Positions 10,199 through 19,692 of a stretch of 64,000 nt of DNA are shown here, one piece after another. Source of the DNA: an archaeon. Lineage in GTDB: Archaea > Nanobdellota > Nanobdellia > CSSed11-243R1. Made by a program: the position numbers and the translations under genes. The DNA lies in contig JAJRVP010000013.1 of the NCBI GenBank assembly GCA_024277205.1, positions 72,735-136,734 on the forward strand, given 5' to 3'. Numbering within the stretch: position 1 is the first letter of the stretch; every line of letters starts with the position of its first letter. The notes below the pieces were generated by a model. That model did no database searches. It worked only from the letters and a program-made list of their open reading frames with translations, and had not been told where the DNA came from.

Positions 10199-10867
10199 TT
10201 AAATTAGCCCCAATTTTAATTTTCTTTTGTAGTCTTCTCTTTCTTTTGTTTCACGCTCTATAGCATTAGTAAATATTTCTCTCCTTTTATATTCTCCTAT
10301 GCCTTGTTCATTTTCTTTTGAAGAGGTAGATTCAAATTCGATGTTTACTCCAAAATTTCTTATGTCAACCCCACCCATCTCTTTTTCAGTTTCAACTTGA
10401 GGATCAAAAACAAATCTCTATCCACTCTCCATTCTCTTGTATTCTGATTCAAATTCTAAAGGGATGTAATCCTTTCTTTCTTCAATTGGTTTGTATGTTT
10501 CAACAGGGATGTATTCGTCTTTTTTTGTAGCAGTTGGTAATTCAATTGGCGTTGTGGTTATCTCTTCTGGTGCTTCTATGAGATAGTCTTTTAGTTCTAA
10601 TTCTGATGTGCCAAATCTTTCACTTCTGCGCACAACAATTTCCTCTAATGCAATTGGCTTTTTTTCTTCCTCTTGTTTATTTTCATGGATTTCCTCAAAA
10701 GAAAATTGCTTTTTGCCACTTTTTTGAATTTTTTTTAAGAGTTTAATAAGCTCTTTTTTTATTTTTCCATTCTTTGTTTTGAATATAAGTTGTTCTAAGT
10801 ATTTCAACTTTCCTTTTACATCTTTTATTTTGTTTAGCTTCTCAATTACTAATCCTAAGTTCATCAT
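10199..10867 (-). CDS. Hypothetical protein interrupted by an in-frame TAG at 10418-10420
   Basis: The 149-aa ORF ends at TAG, but the same frame stays open for 72 more codons to TAA at 10199-10201, next to the SD of the following gene. Confidence 0.55.
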
Positions 10868-10932
10868 AATATATTATGCAGGATATACTTTTATATGTTA
10901 CTATTTAATGGTGACACTTTAAAGTGGCATTG

Positions 10933-12426
10933 TTAGAATTCTACTGGTTCTGGTGGTTTAATAACTGTTTTTTGTGTAGCTTTTATATCAGGAAGATATG
11001 GGAATGATTTAAATCTATGTGCTTTTTTGAAAACATCATATAATGTGAATAATCTATCTGCAGTTACATTAATTGCTAGTTCTTTTGCTCTTTGTTCTAA
11101 GATTTTTTTGTTTGTAAATAAAGAACTTAAAATACCACCAGATTTTTTTGTAGATGTTCCTAAAATCCTATCCAATATTGGTGTAAATTCTTTTTCTTTT
11201 TTCTTTTTTTCTTCAATTTCAAGTTCATTAAGATATTTTTCTAATTCTTCCCGCATAGCTTCTAAACTTTGAGTTGTTAAACCCTCAATAAATTTCATAG
11301 CTTCATACTCTTCTTGTTTTTTTAGAGCTTTATATTCGTCTGGTGTCATTGCATAACCTATGAATTGAATATTAAGTTTACCAAGCTGTCTGAATGCACC
11401 ACCTGTTTGGGCTTGAGATACCATAGCTGGCTTTGTTCTCCATATGAATCTTAATTCAATAACAGAATATGCAAAAGGCCCTCCTTTTGCAGCTTTCATA
11501 GCACCCATTTCCTCTTCAGAATAAACCTTTTCACCAATAGTGGTTTTTCTCATTAATGGAGGGGAATATTTTTTTTCTAAACCCATTGGCTTAAAAAATT
11601 CTTTTAAATAACATTTCTTTGTTCCCCTAACTACAATTTCAATAACGCTTTGATCAAATGCTTGTATTAATTCTGTGTCTGTGAGTTTGGGCTCTTTAAA
11701 GCTTAGCATTTGTGCTGCTTTTAGATATGGCTTTGCCCACATGGAATACAATCTCAATGATTCCACTTGAGCTTTTAAATAAGCAAGTTCAATTTTTCTT
11801 CGTTGTCTTAGTTCTTTTTCACTTTCTTGTTCCCATTTAAGATATTCTTCTAATCTTCCCTTGAGAATTCTTTTAACCCTGTCATTTAAGTCCATCTTAT
11901 CAATGTCTTCAAGGCTTTTTGCAATCATGAAAGCATCTCTTAATGTTGTAAATTCTAATCCTCTTTGGGCAGTCATTGCATTTATAGACGCTCCACCTTT
12001 TCTAACATCAACTTCATCCATCCAGATTCTTTTAAGCGTCATGCGTGCTGCTTCTTTCTTTTTTGGGTCATTGCTATGTAAATCATCATAAACAGCAAGC
12101 CTTCTGTCAAATTCTCTTAAATCATAAAGGAGATTAACAATGGATTTAATAACAGTATTAACTGTTGCAAGAATTTCCATACCCCTCTTTTCTAAATGCT
12201 GCCTTCTTGCTGACATTTCTCCAAAAAACTGCGAAACAACACTGGCTGCCATTTGTTCTTTATGTTTTTCAATCTTATATCCTATTTTTTTAAGAAAATC
12301 GATTAACCAAAAATAGTAAGGTTCAATACTAGTTGTAAAACTATGAATTTCCATTTCATATTTGTTTACAAATGACTTTATGAGAATCTCTCTAATCTTT
12401 TCTTGAGTTTTATCCTTCTTAGCCAT
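10933..12426 (-). CDS. Hypothetical protein (497 aa)
   Basis: Long ORF with helical composition, co-oriented with the TIM-barrel/MNT genes. Confidence 0.8.
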   Translation of the reverse strand: MAKKDKTQEKIREILIKSFVNKYEMEIHSFTTSIEPYYFWLIDFLKKIGYKIEKHKEQMAASVVSQFFGEMSARRQHLEKRGMEILATVNTVIKSIVNLLYDLREFDRRLAVYDDLHSNDPKKKEAARMTLKRIWMDEVDVRKGGASINAMTAQRGLEFTTLRDAFMIAKSLEDIDKMDLNDRVKRILKGRLEEYLKWEQESEKELRQRRKIELAYLKAQVESLRLYSMWAKPYLKAAQMLSFKEPKLTDTELIQAFDQSVIEIVVRGTKKCYLKEFFKPMGLEKKYSPPLMRKTTIGEKVYSEEEMGAMKAAKGGPFAYSVIELRFIWRTKPAMVSQAQTGGAFRQLGKLNIQFIGYAMTPDEYKALKKQEEYEAMKFIEGLTTQSLEAMREELEKYLNELEIEEKKKKEKEFTPILDRILGTSTKKSGGILSSLFTNKKILEQRAKELAINVTADRLFTLYDVFKKAHRFKSFPYLPDIKATQKTVIKPPEPVEF

Positions 12427-12511
12427 AGTATAATTTAAAAGCCATCCATATATAAAATTTGAGATTGATATTTACGAAAACTTAATAACTATTACAGATT
12501 TAGATAATCTC

Positions 12512-12919
12512 ATGGGATTATTTGATTTTATTAAAAAGAAAAAAGAGGACGAATTTGGAGATGAGTTTGGAGCAGAACCATTAGGAGGTATGCCTACAGC
12601 ACCTGGAATGCCCCAAGCACCAGGGATGCCCCCAGCTCCAGGAGCACCAGGAACTCAACCACCACAACTTTTTGGAGCACCAGAGATTCCACCACCTGGA
12701 ACACCACCACCAGTTGCACCACCAATTTCTCCAACACCAATACAATTTGGACCACAAGCACCACAAACCCAGACACCGCAACAACAATTTGGTGACAGAA
12801 CACAAGTTTTGAAAAGCAGCATTGAAGTATTATCATCAAAAATAGATTCTTTAAAAACATCAGTTGATAGAATTAATGAAAAATTGGATTACATTGAAAG
12901 GTATTTATTAAGGAGATGA
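12512..12919 (+). CDS. Pro-rich protein with C-terminal coiled coil
   Basis: MGLFDFIKKKK start, APGMP repeats, heptad-like C-terminus. Confidence 0.75.
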   Translation: MGLFDFIKKKKEDEFGDEFGAEPLGGMPTAPGMPQAPGMPPAPGAPGTQPPQLFGAPEIPPPGTPPPVAPPISPTPIQFGPQAPQTQTPQQQFGDRTQVLKSSIEVLSSKIDSLKTSVDRINEKLDYIERYLLRR

Positions 12920-12920
12920 G

Positions 12921-13655
12921 ATGGCATACACAATTAAAAGTACAATCCTTTTAGGTATTGTTTTAGTTTTTTTAACATATCTGCTTTATAATCTATTTAA
13001 TAAACTAAAAATTAAGATTAATAAAAAATTATTAATTGGAATTTTTGCTTGGGTTCTCCTTGCAGCATTTACAAGGGTCTTTGAAGATGCAAATATTTAT
13101 CCAAAAAGTTTTTTTACAGTTTCACCAGGGATTATAATTCTTTTTTCAGCATTTTTTATTCCAGTTGTTTACATTGGTTATTGGCTTGAAAAAAATAAAA
13201 AAATTGATTTGTGGAAAACACTTACAATTTCTGCAATAATACCTATTTTGATTCATTTACCTTTTTTGAAAATAGAAAATGCGCAAGGAGCAACAATAAT
13301 AGTTGCTATTTTTGGAATTATTTTAATTGTGATGTATACAGTTAACAAGTTCATAAAAGCAGATGACTTTTCTTTTTGGGCGCTGGGAGCGCACATGTTT
13401 GATGCTTCCACAACATTTACTGCAATGAGTTTTTATGGGTATTCAGAGCAACATGTTTTACCAACATTTATGATAAATATTTTTGGGCCATATATTATGT
13501 TTGCACTCAAACTAATCTTTTTGATCCCAATGATCTTTGTTATTAACAAATATTCAGAGAATGATAGTTTAAGAAAATTTTTGCTCCTAGCAATTTTTGC
13601 AATCGGACTTGCACCCGCATTAAGAAATACTTTAAGATTACTTATGGGAGTCTAA
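12921..13655 (+). CDS. DUF63 family membrane protein
   Basis: RVFEDA, AHMFDASTT, YSEQHV and GLAPALRN motifs. Confidence 0.85.
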   Translation: MAYTIKSTILLGIVLVFLTYLLYNLFNKLKIKINKKLLIGIFAWVLLAAFTRVFEDANIYPKSFFTVSPGIIILFSAFFIPVVYIGYWLEKNKKIDLWKTLTISAIIPILIHLPFLKIENAQGATIIVAIFGIILIVMYTVNKFIKADDFSFWALGAHMFDASTTFTAMSFYGYSEQHVLPTFMINIFGPYIMFALKLIFLIPMIFVINKYSENDSLRKFLLLAIFAIGLAPALRNTLRLLMGV

Positions 13656-14689
13656 GCAAGAAAAATCCTTGTTGATTTTCCTTTAAATCCGCCACCTGTT
13701 AGTTCTAATTTTAATAATCCTAACTTTTCAAGATTATTTACGTATCTCTTGAAACTTTTATAGGATAATTCTCCACCCCTCTTCTTGTAGATTTCATACA
13801 AAGGCCCCGCAACTTCACCATTATGCACTTTTACAATATCTAAGATTAAATTCTCGTCTTTGTTTAGTTTTTCTTCTTCTGGTTTTTTATCCAAAACATT
13901 TTCAATTGCTTTTTTAACATGTTCTTTGGTAATCTTTCTTTTGTTTTCCTGTTCGGCAATTTTTGCAGATTCTCTTAATAAATAAAGCCCAACACGCACA
14001 TCTTTTTTGTTAAAGGTTATGTTTGCTATCTGTTTGAGTAATTGTGTTTCAATTGTGTCTTTTTTAAGAGCGAGTTTAGCCCTTTCTTTTAAAATACCAT
14101 AAACCTCATTTAATGAATACGGCTTAAACTCCATATTTCTCAACATTAATCTCGATTTAATTCGTGCATCAATTCTTACTACATAATCAAACTTGTTGCT
14201 TATCAAATGTATGCATGATTTTGGAAAGGTTGAAACAATTTGATAAAGAAAGTCAGGGTCATCTATCTTGTCAATTTCATCAAAAACAAAAACAGCTCGT
14301 TTTCCTCGCAATTTGTAAACAACCTGCCGCAAGATGTGTTCAGCACTTTTTCCTGCTCTAAATGAAATTTTCAATTGATTTGCCATCTCTGAAAAAATAA
14401 AATATTTTGTTTTTAGATTCCAACAATTTACATAAATCGGAATAACATCATCTGTTGTTTCAGATAATTCTCTCAGAACCCATTTAATCGAAGCTGTTTT
14501 GCCAATTCCTGGTGCACCATGAATAAAAAGATTAGAACCGCTCCTTTCATTAAGCATTGGTTTTATTGAATTTGCAATTTCTTGGATTTGGTTTTCTCTG
14601 TAAGGCAAAATTTTTGGTATATAATCATAATTAAGAACTTCTTCATTTTTGATAACAGATTTTGTGCCTTCGATATCAAATAACCCCAT
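13652..14689 (-). CDS. cdc6: Orc1/Cdc6 replication initiation AAA+ ATPase
   Basis: YIPKILPYRENQI; Walker A GAPGIGKT; YVNC; Walker B FDEID; C-terminal wHTH. Confidence 0.92.
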   Translation of the reverse strand: MGLFDIEGTKSVIKNEEVLNYDYIPKILPYRENQIQEIANSIKPMLNERSGSNLFIHGAPGIGKTASIKWVLRELSETTDDVIPIYVNCWNLKTKYFIFSEMANQLKISFRAGKSAEHILRQVVYKLRGKRAVFVFDEIDKIDDPDFLYQIVSTFPKSCIHLISNKFDYVVRIDARIKSRLMLRNMEFKPYSLNEVYGILKERAKLALKKDTIETQLLKQIANITFNKKDVRVGLYLLRESAKIAEQENKRKITKEHVKKAIENVLDKKPEEEKLNKDENLILDIVKVHNGEVAGPLYEIYKKRGGELSYKSFKRYVNNLEKLGLLKLELTGGGFKGKSTRIFLA

Positions 14690-14779
14690 ATATTACTGGA
14701 CAACCTCTTTGTTTATAATATTTACTCCTGTCATCAAATTTTTATAGAACCATATGCTATTACTATTGAGGTGTAAGCT

Positions 14780-15334
14780 ATGGGTTTAGAAGATGTTGTT
14801 GAGAATACAAAAGGAAAAATTATATCCTGGATGCATGAAGAAAAAATTACAGTAGGGCAAGAGGATGTAGGAGATAAATTTGATTTTGGTTTAATGGTGA
14901 TATATCCTCCAAATGTTAGAAGCGCCAAGCACATTTATATTCTTAAACCTAAAGATTCAAAAGATAGGATAGATATTTTATGTGAGGTGATTTTAGATCC
15001 CCAACAATTTCAACAAAAAATTCAATCATTATCACCAAAAGACATTAATAGTATCCAAATGGCGTTAGGTTTGATGTTTCAAGATAGGGGTGTGCTTTAT
15101 AAATTTAACATGAGAGATACACATTCATCGAATCTACAATGGATTGGTTGGACAATAATCAACCCCATTTATTATGAAGAATTAACTAAACCAAACCTAA
15201 TCCGTGAATTGTCAAAAATTTATAATGCCACACTTTCTGCATTGACTCTATTGTCTATGCAAATGAATGCTTCACAATCCAATGACTATAACTTTGTTTC
15301 TTCAGATTTAAATTCAACAAACATGTATGGTTAA
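14780..15334 (+). CDS. DUF2299-like protein
   Basis: IISWMHEE N-terminus and IYYEELTKPNL motif resemble DUF2299. Confidence 0.55.
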   Translation: MGLEDVVENTKGKIISWMHEEKITVGQEDVGDKFDFGLMVIYPPNVRSAKHIYILKPKDSKDRIDILCEVILDPQQFQQKIQSLSPKDINSIQMALGLMFQDRGVLYKFNMRDTHSSNLQWIGWTIINPIYYEELTKPNLIRELSKIYNATLSALTLLSMQMNASQSNDYNFVSSDLNSTNMYG

Positions 15335-15374
15335 TTTGGAAAAACATTTAAGCATATGATATTTCATAAAACAC

Positions 15375-16502
15375 ATGCTCAATAAAAAAATAAAGTATTA
15401 TACAGCAATCGCATTAATTATTGGCACAGTAATCGGTGCTGGTGTCTTTGGAATTCCTTATGCAATTTCTCAATCTGGATTTTTTTTGGGATTAGTCAAT
15501 TTGGCATTTGTTGGATTTATTGTAACTGTTATGACCTTATTTATGGGAGAAGTCGTATTAAGAACAGATGATACAAAACAATTTATTGGGCTTGCAGAAA
15601 AATATCTTGGTTCATGGGGAAAGTGGTTAATGTTTCTTTCAATGACTCTTGGGATATTTGGGGCATTAACTGCATATTTGGTTGGCATTGGACAGTCCCT
15701 TTTTCATTTATTGGGCGGTTCTCCTATTTTATATTCTATTCTCTTTTTTGCATTTGCAGCACCCATAGTTTACTTTGGATTAAAAACGGTTAGTAAAGTA
15801 GAATTGGGTTTATCTGCGATATTGGTTGTAATCTTTATTGTGATAAGCTTTTTGCTAATGCCGCAAATTAAATTTTCAAATTTAACATATCTTGATTTTT
15901 CAAAAATTATGGTGCCTTATGGAGTTATTCTTTTTGCAACCTTGGGTTACTCTGTAATACCCGAGGTTGAGATACTATTAAAAAATCAAAAAGAAAAAAT
16001 GTTGTCTTCCATTATAATTGCAATGGTTATCTGTCTTGGCATTTATGCTCTTTTTTCATTTTCTTCATTAGGTGTTTATGGAAATAAAATTGCAGAGATT
16101 GCCACAGAGTCGCTTACAGGGGGATTAAATGTTCTTGGAACAACAGTAGCTATTTTAGCAATGGCAACAGGATTTTTAGCTTTAAGTTTAGTTCTAAAAC
16201 ACGTATTAGAATTAGATTTAAAAATTAATCCAAAATTAGCATGGGCGGTGGTTTGTTTTATTCCTTTTTTGATTGTTCTTCTTATATCTCCAAGTTTTGT
16301 AACAACAATTGGATTAACAGGAACATACGCGGGCGGACTTACTGGTGTGCTTTGTGCATTAATGGTAAAACAAGCAAGAAAAAAAGGAGATTCCAAACCA
16401 AATTTTGTTGTGCCTGGAGGTAATCCTTTGATATATCTCTCAATTGTTGTTTTTATATTTGGTATGATTTATCAAACACTATTATTGTTAAGGATATTTT
16501 AA
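15375..16502 (+). CDS. Aromatic amino acid permease (Trp/Tyr family)
   Basis: GTVIGAGVFGIPY signature; about 11 TM segments. Confidence 0.88.
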   Translation: MLNKKIKYYTAIALIIGTVIGAGVFGIPYAISQSGFFLGLVNLAFVGFIVTVMTLFMGEVVLRTDDTKQFIGLAEKYLGSWGKWLMFLSMTLGIFGALTAYLVGIGQSLFHLLGGSPILYSILFFAFAAPIVYFGLKTVSKVELGLSAILVVIFIVISFLLMPQIKFSNLTYLDFSKIMVPYGVILFATLGYSVIPEVEILLKNQKEKMLSSIIIAMVICLGIYALFSFSSLGVYGNKIAEIATESLTGGLNVLGTTVAILAMATGFLALSLVLKHVLELDLKINPKLAWAVVCFIPFLIVLLISPSFVTTIGLTGTYAGGLTGVLCALMVKQARKKGDSKPNFVVPGGNPLIYLSIVVFIFGMIYQTLLLLRIF

Positions 16503-16554
16503 TTCAAAAACTATTAAAAAGAATAATTCCTAATTAATCAAAGGGGGTAAGCAC

Positions 16555-17289
16555 ATGGTAAATGTAGAAATAGTTGTTGAAGGGACAGTACCAAAAAATG
16601 CAATTATTCTTGAAGGATTCCAAGGAATTGGTTTGGTTGGCACTCTTGCAGCACAATATGTTGCTGAGAAAACAAATTCAAAAGTGATTGGGTATGTGGA
16701 TGTTCCAGAATTCCCACCAATTGCCATTCTTGTTAATGGAAAAGTAAGGCCACCAATTCGGATACACACATTTAAGAAATCTGGAAAAAACTTTATAATC
16801 TTTGAGTCAGAATTGCCAATTCCACAAAATTTTATTAATCCTATTGCAAATGCAATAGCAGATTTTGCAAAAAAACATAAAGTAAAAGAGATAATCTCTC
16901 TTGAGGGGCTTGCAGTACCAAAAAGCCCAATAGTGTCAAAAACATACTGGATTAGCAATACTGAAAAGAAGTTCACTCATCTGAAAAAGTACGCATCTTC
17001 TTTAAAATCTGGAATTGTAATTGGGGTTTCTGCAGCACTTTTAATCAAAGCCAAAGTTAGAAAAATCCCAGCAGCAGTTGTTATGGCAGAGGCACATTCT
17101 AATTTTCCAGATGGAATGGCTGCCGCAAGCCTAATTCAATTGTTGGATAAGATATACAAACTAAGGATTGATGTTGCACCATTAGAACGGGAATCCAAGA
17201 GGTTTGAAGAAAAAGTTTGGGAGATTATAGAAAAGGCAAAACAATTAAGAGAAGCAACTGAAAAACCAGGTAAAACTTACATAGGGTGA
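16555..17289 (+). CDS. PAC2 family proteasome assembly chaperone
   Basis: EGFQGIGLVGTLAA and FPDGMAAASLI motifs. Confidence 0.88.
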   Translation: MVNVEIVVEGTVPKNAIILEGFQGIGLVGTLAAQYVAEKTNSKVIGYVDVPEFPPIAILVNGKVRPPIRIHTFKKSGKNFIIFESELPIPQNFINPIANAIADFAKKHKVKEIISLEGLAVPKSPIVSKTYWISNTEKKFTHLKKYASSLKSGIVIGVSAALLIKAKVRKIPAAVVMAEAHSNFPDGMAAASLIQLLDKIYKLRIDVAPLERESKRFEEKVWEIIEKAKQLREATEKPGKTYIG

Positions 17290-17657
17290 TTCCAATGCCT
17301 GCCAAAAAATCAAAAAAGAAAGTAAAAAAAATAAAAAAGAAAACCACAAAAACTAAGTCAAAAAAAGTCAAGTCTAAAAAAGCGGCAAAGAAAAAAACAA
17401 AGAGAACATGTAAGAGAAAAACTACACCTAAAAAAAAGAAAGTAACTAAGAAAAAGAAAGAGAAAATGAAAGAAAAAATAGAAGAACCAATCGTAGTTGA
17501 AGAAAAGAAACAGAAGGAAATTGACGTAACCGAAGCATTAGAAAAAGAATACTTAGAAGAAGGAAGCACAGAAGAAGAATATCCTGAGGGAGATTACGAA
17601 ATATTTCCGCATGAAGATGAAAAAGCTTATGAATCTGGTTTTGAAGAGGAGTTTTAA
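17286..17657 (+). CDS. Bipartite Lys-rich/Glu-rich low-complexity protein
   Basis: PAKKSKKKVKK...KKAAKKK N-half and EEEYPEGDYE...EEEF C-half; start overlaps the PAC2 stop. Confidence 0.65.
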   Translation: MIPMPAKKSKKKVKKIKKKTTKTKSKKVKSKKAAKKKTKRTCKRKTTPKKKKVTKKKKEKMKEKIEEPIVVEEKKQKEIDVTEALEKEYLEEGSTEEEYPEGDYEIFPHEDEKAYESGFEEEF

Positions 17658-18070
17658 TCAATTATTATTCCTTTTCCACTTTTTTCTAGAAATCTCAAGT
17701 AATCAATAATTTCTTTGCTTATTGAGGTTGAGAAGTATTTTACAACTTGGGTTGGTTTTATCCAAGCAAATTGAGAATACTCTTTTGATGCAATTACATT
17801 GCCAGCAACATGTTTTAATTCATAAAAATATTGTTCTACATTTGGATTCTCAGAGGGGATATACTTAACTAGAAACCTATTTATCTTTATATGCATACCA
17901 AAATCTTTTTCAAAAAGATTTTTTATAATTTTTCGTGGAGATTCCTCTTCTTGTATTTCTTTAAAAGGGAAGGTCCACTGAAGCCGTGGTATAAGCACAT
18001 TTCTGCGTCTTAGTTTACCAATCAGCACATATCCATCCTTATGTACAATGCCTTCAACCCATTTTATCAT
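17654..18070 (-). CDS. NUDIX-fold protein with degenerate Nudix box
   Basis: VEGIVHKDGYVLIGK...WTFP...EEESP...EKDFG; the canonical REXXEE is absent. Confidence 0.65.
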   Translation of the reverse strand: MIKWVEGIVHKDGYVLIGKLRRRNVLIPRLQWTFPFKEIQEEESPRKIIKNLFEKDFGMHIKINRFLVKYIPSENPNVEQYFYELKHVAGNVIASKEYSQFAWIKPTQVVKYFSTSISKEIIDYLRFLEKSGKGIIID

Positions 18071-18121
18071 GAATAAGTATAATCAATTAAATTTAATAAA
18101 CCTTTATGCATTCCAATATGC

Positions 18122-18751
18122 ATGATAAAATCAATTGCATTTGACCTGGATGATACATTGATAGATGGAAAAAAAATGCACCATGCAGCTGTAATTGTGG
18201 CATTAAATAAATTTGGTTATGCAAGGAAGAGAATAAAATGGATTCGTGGTGCAACAACAGAGGAAATTTTAACGCATAATTTTCCGAATATGGATCCGAA
18301 AACAAAAAAGAAGATTGCGAGATATAAGCGTTCTATTGTGCAGAAATATATGAATTTTGCAAAGATATTGCCACACGCTATCGAGCTTTTAACTTATTTG
18401 AAACAAAATTCTTTGATTATTGGAATGGTAACAAATAATACACATAAAGAATTAAAACATTTTTTAAGATATTTTAAACTAAAAAAATATTTTGATATAG
18501 TTGTTGGCATGGAGGATGCAGTGCCCAAACCAAGCGATGCAATGTTTAAAATATATATGAGAAAAGCAAAAGTGAAACCAAAAGAAATGATTTATGTGGG
18601 AGATAGTGATTATGATATCCTTGCAAGCAAAAAAGCAGGAATTAAAATCATGTTAAACACTCAATTGCACAAACCAAAACTCATTAATAAAGTAGATTTT
18701 GTTGCTAAAAATTTAAATGAAATTAAAAAAATAATTGGTGATTTAATTTGA
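18122..18751 (+). CDS. HAD family hydrolase
   Basis: FDLDDTLID, VTNN, KP and YVGDS..D motifs. Confidence 0.9.
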   Translation: MIKSIAFDLDDTLIDGKKMHHAAVIVALNKFGYARKRIKWIRGATTEEILTHNFPNMDPKTKKKIARYKRSIVQKYMNFAKILPHAIELLTYLKQNSLIIGMVTNNTHKELKHFLRYFKLKKYFDIVVGMEDAVPKPSDAMFKIYMRKAKVKPKEMIYVGDSDYDILASKKAGIKIMLNTQLHKPKLINKVDFVAKNLNEIKKIIGDLI

Positions 18752-19431
18752 GATTAGCAGCTTTGTATTCTGGTGCTAAAGATTCTAATTATGCAATCTA
18801 CTTAGCAAAAAAACAAGGACATGAAATTGCGTGCTTAGTTTCTGTTGTTTCTGAAAATCCCGAGAGCTATATGTTCCATACACCAAATATAAAGTGGGTT
18901 GAACTTCAAGCAAAAGCAATGGAGCTTCCAATTGAAATTTTTAAAACAAAAGGTATCAAAGAAAAAGAAGTTGAAGATTTGAAGATAGCATTAAAAAAAA
19001 TAAAAGAGAAATACAACATTGAAGGTGTTGTTTCAGGTGCAATTGCTTCTGAGTACCAAAAGCAAAGAGTAGACAAAGTATGCAAAGAAATTGGATTAAA
19101 AAGTGTTGCACCCCTTTGGCATGTTAATCCAGAGGAATATTTGTGTGAACTTGTTTCTAATGGTTTTAAAGTAATAATTGTTGGCGTCTTTGCACAAGGA
19201 CTTGATAAAGAATGGCTTGGCAAGGAAATTACGCATGAAACAATTGAACAACTTAAAATTTTAAACAAAAAGTATGGAATTCATCTTGCAGGAGAAGGAG
19301 GAGAGTTTGAATCTTTTGTTTATGATGGTCCAACTTTTAAGAAAAAAATTGAAATTATTGAATCTGAAGTGGATTGGTTTGGAGATTCTGGAGTATTAAA
19401 AATTAAAAAAGCAAAACTTTGTGAAAAGTAA
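18748..19431 (+). CDS. dph6: Diphthine--ammonia ligase (PP-loop ATPase)
   Basis: SGAKDS PP-loop, SYMFH, GAIASEYQ, GEGGEFES. Confidence 0.9.
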   Translation: MRLAALYSGAKDSNYAIYLAKKQGHEIACLVSVVSENPESYMFHTPNIKWVELQAKAMELPIEIFKTKGIKEKEVEDLKIALKKIKEKYNIEGVVSGAIASEYQKQRVDKVCKEIGLKSVAPLWHVNPEEYLCELVSNGFKVIIVGVFAQGLDKEWLGKEITHETIEQLKILNKKYGIHLAGEGGEFESFVYDGPTFKKKIEIIESEVDWFGDSGVLKIKKAKLCEK

Positions 19432-19632
19432 TTACTCTTCGTCTTCCTTTGCTTCTAATTCTTCACTTGTTTCAAGCTCTTCTAATTTGTTGATTATCTT
19501 TTCTAATAGATTATTTTGTCTTTCAATCAAACTTAAAAGGATTTCATCTGTTATTTTTCCTTCTTCAGCATTCTTTTTTACAAATCCCCGAATTTCTTCA
19601 AGTTTGTCCTTTAATTCAAAAATTTTTGTCAT
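19432..19632 (-). CDS. Small acidic coiled-coil protein
   Basis: 66-aa ORF with GGTGGTGA SD. Confidence 0.55.
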   Translation of the reverse strand: MTKIFELKDKLEEIRGFVKKNAEEGKITDEILLSLIERQNNLLEKIINKLEELETSEELEAKEDEE

Positions 19633-19692
19633 AGTATCACCACCTTTTATTAAAGAGTTACTTTTATAAAAGCATAACTGTCATCATGAAAT

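Noticed and set aside
10418..10420. Genome-wide TAG reassignment
   Set aside because: TAG ends conserved genes at expected positions elsewhere in the window.
14690..14779. Replication origin directly upstream of cdc6
   Set aside because: Only about 90 bp, shared by divergent promoters, with no array of canonical ORBs.
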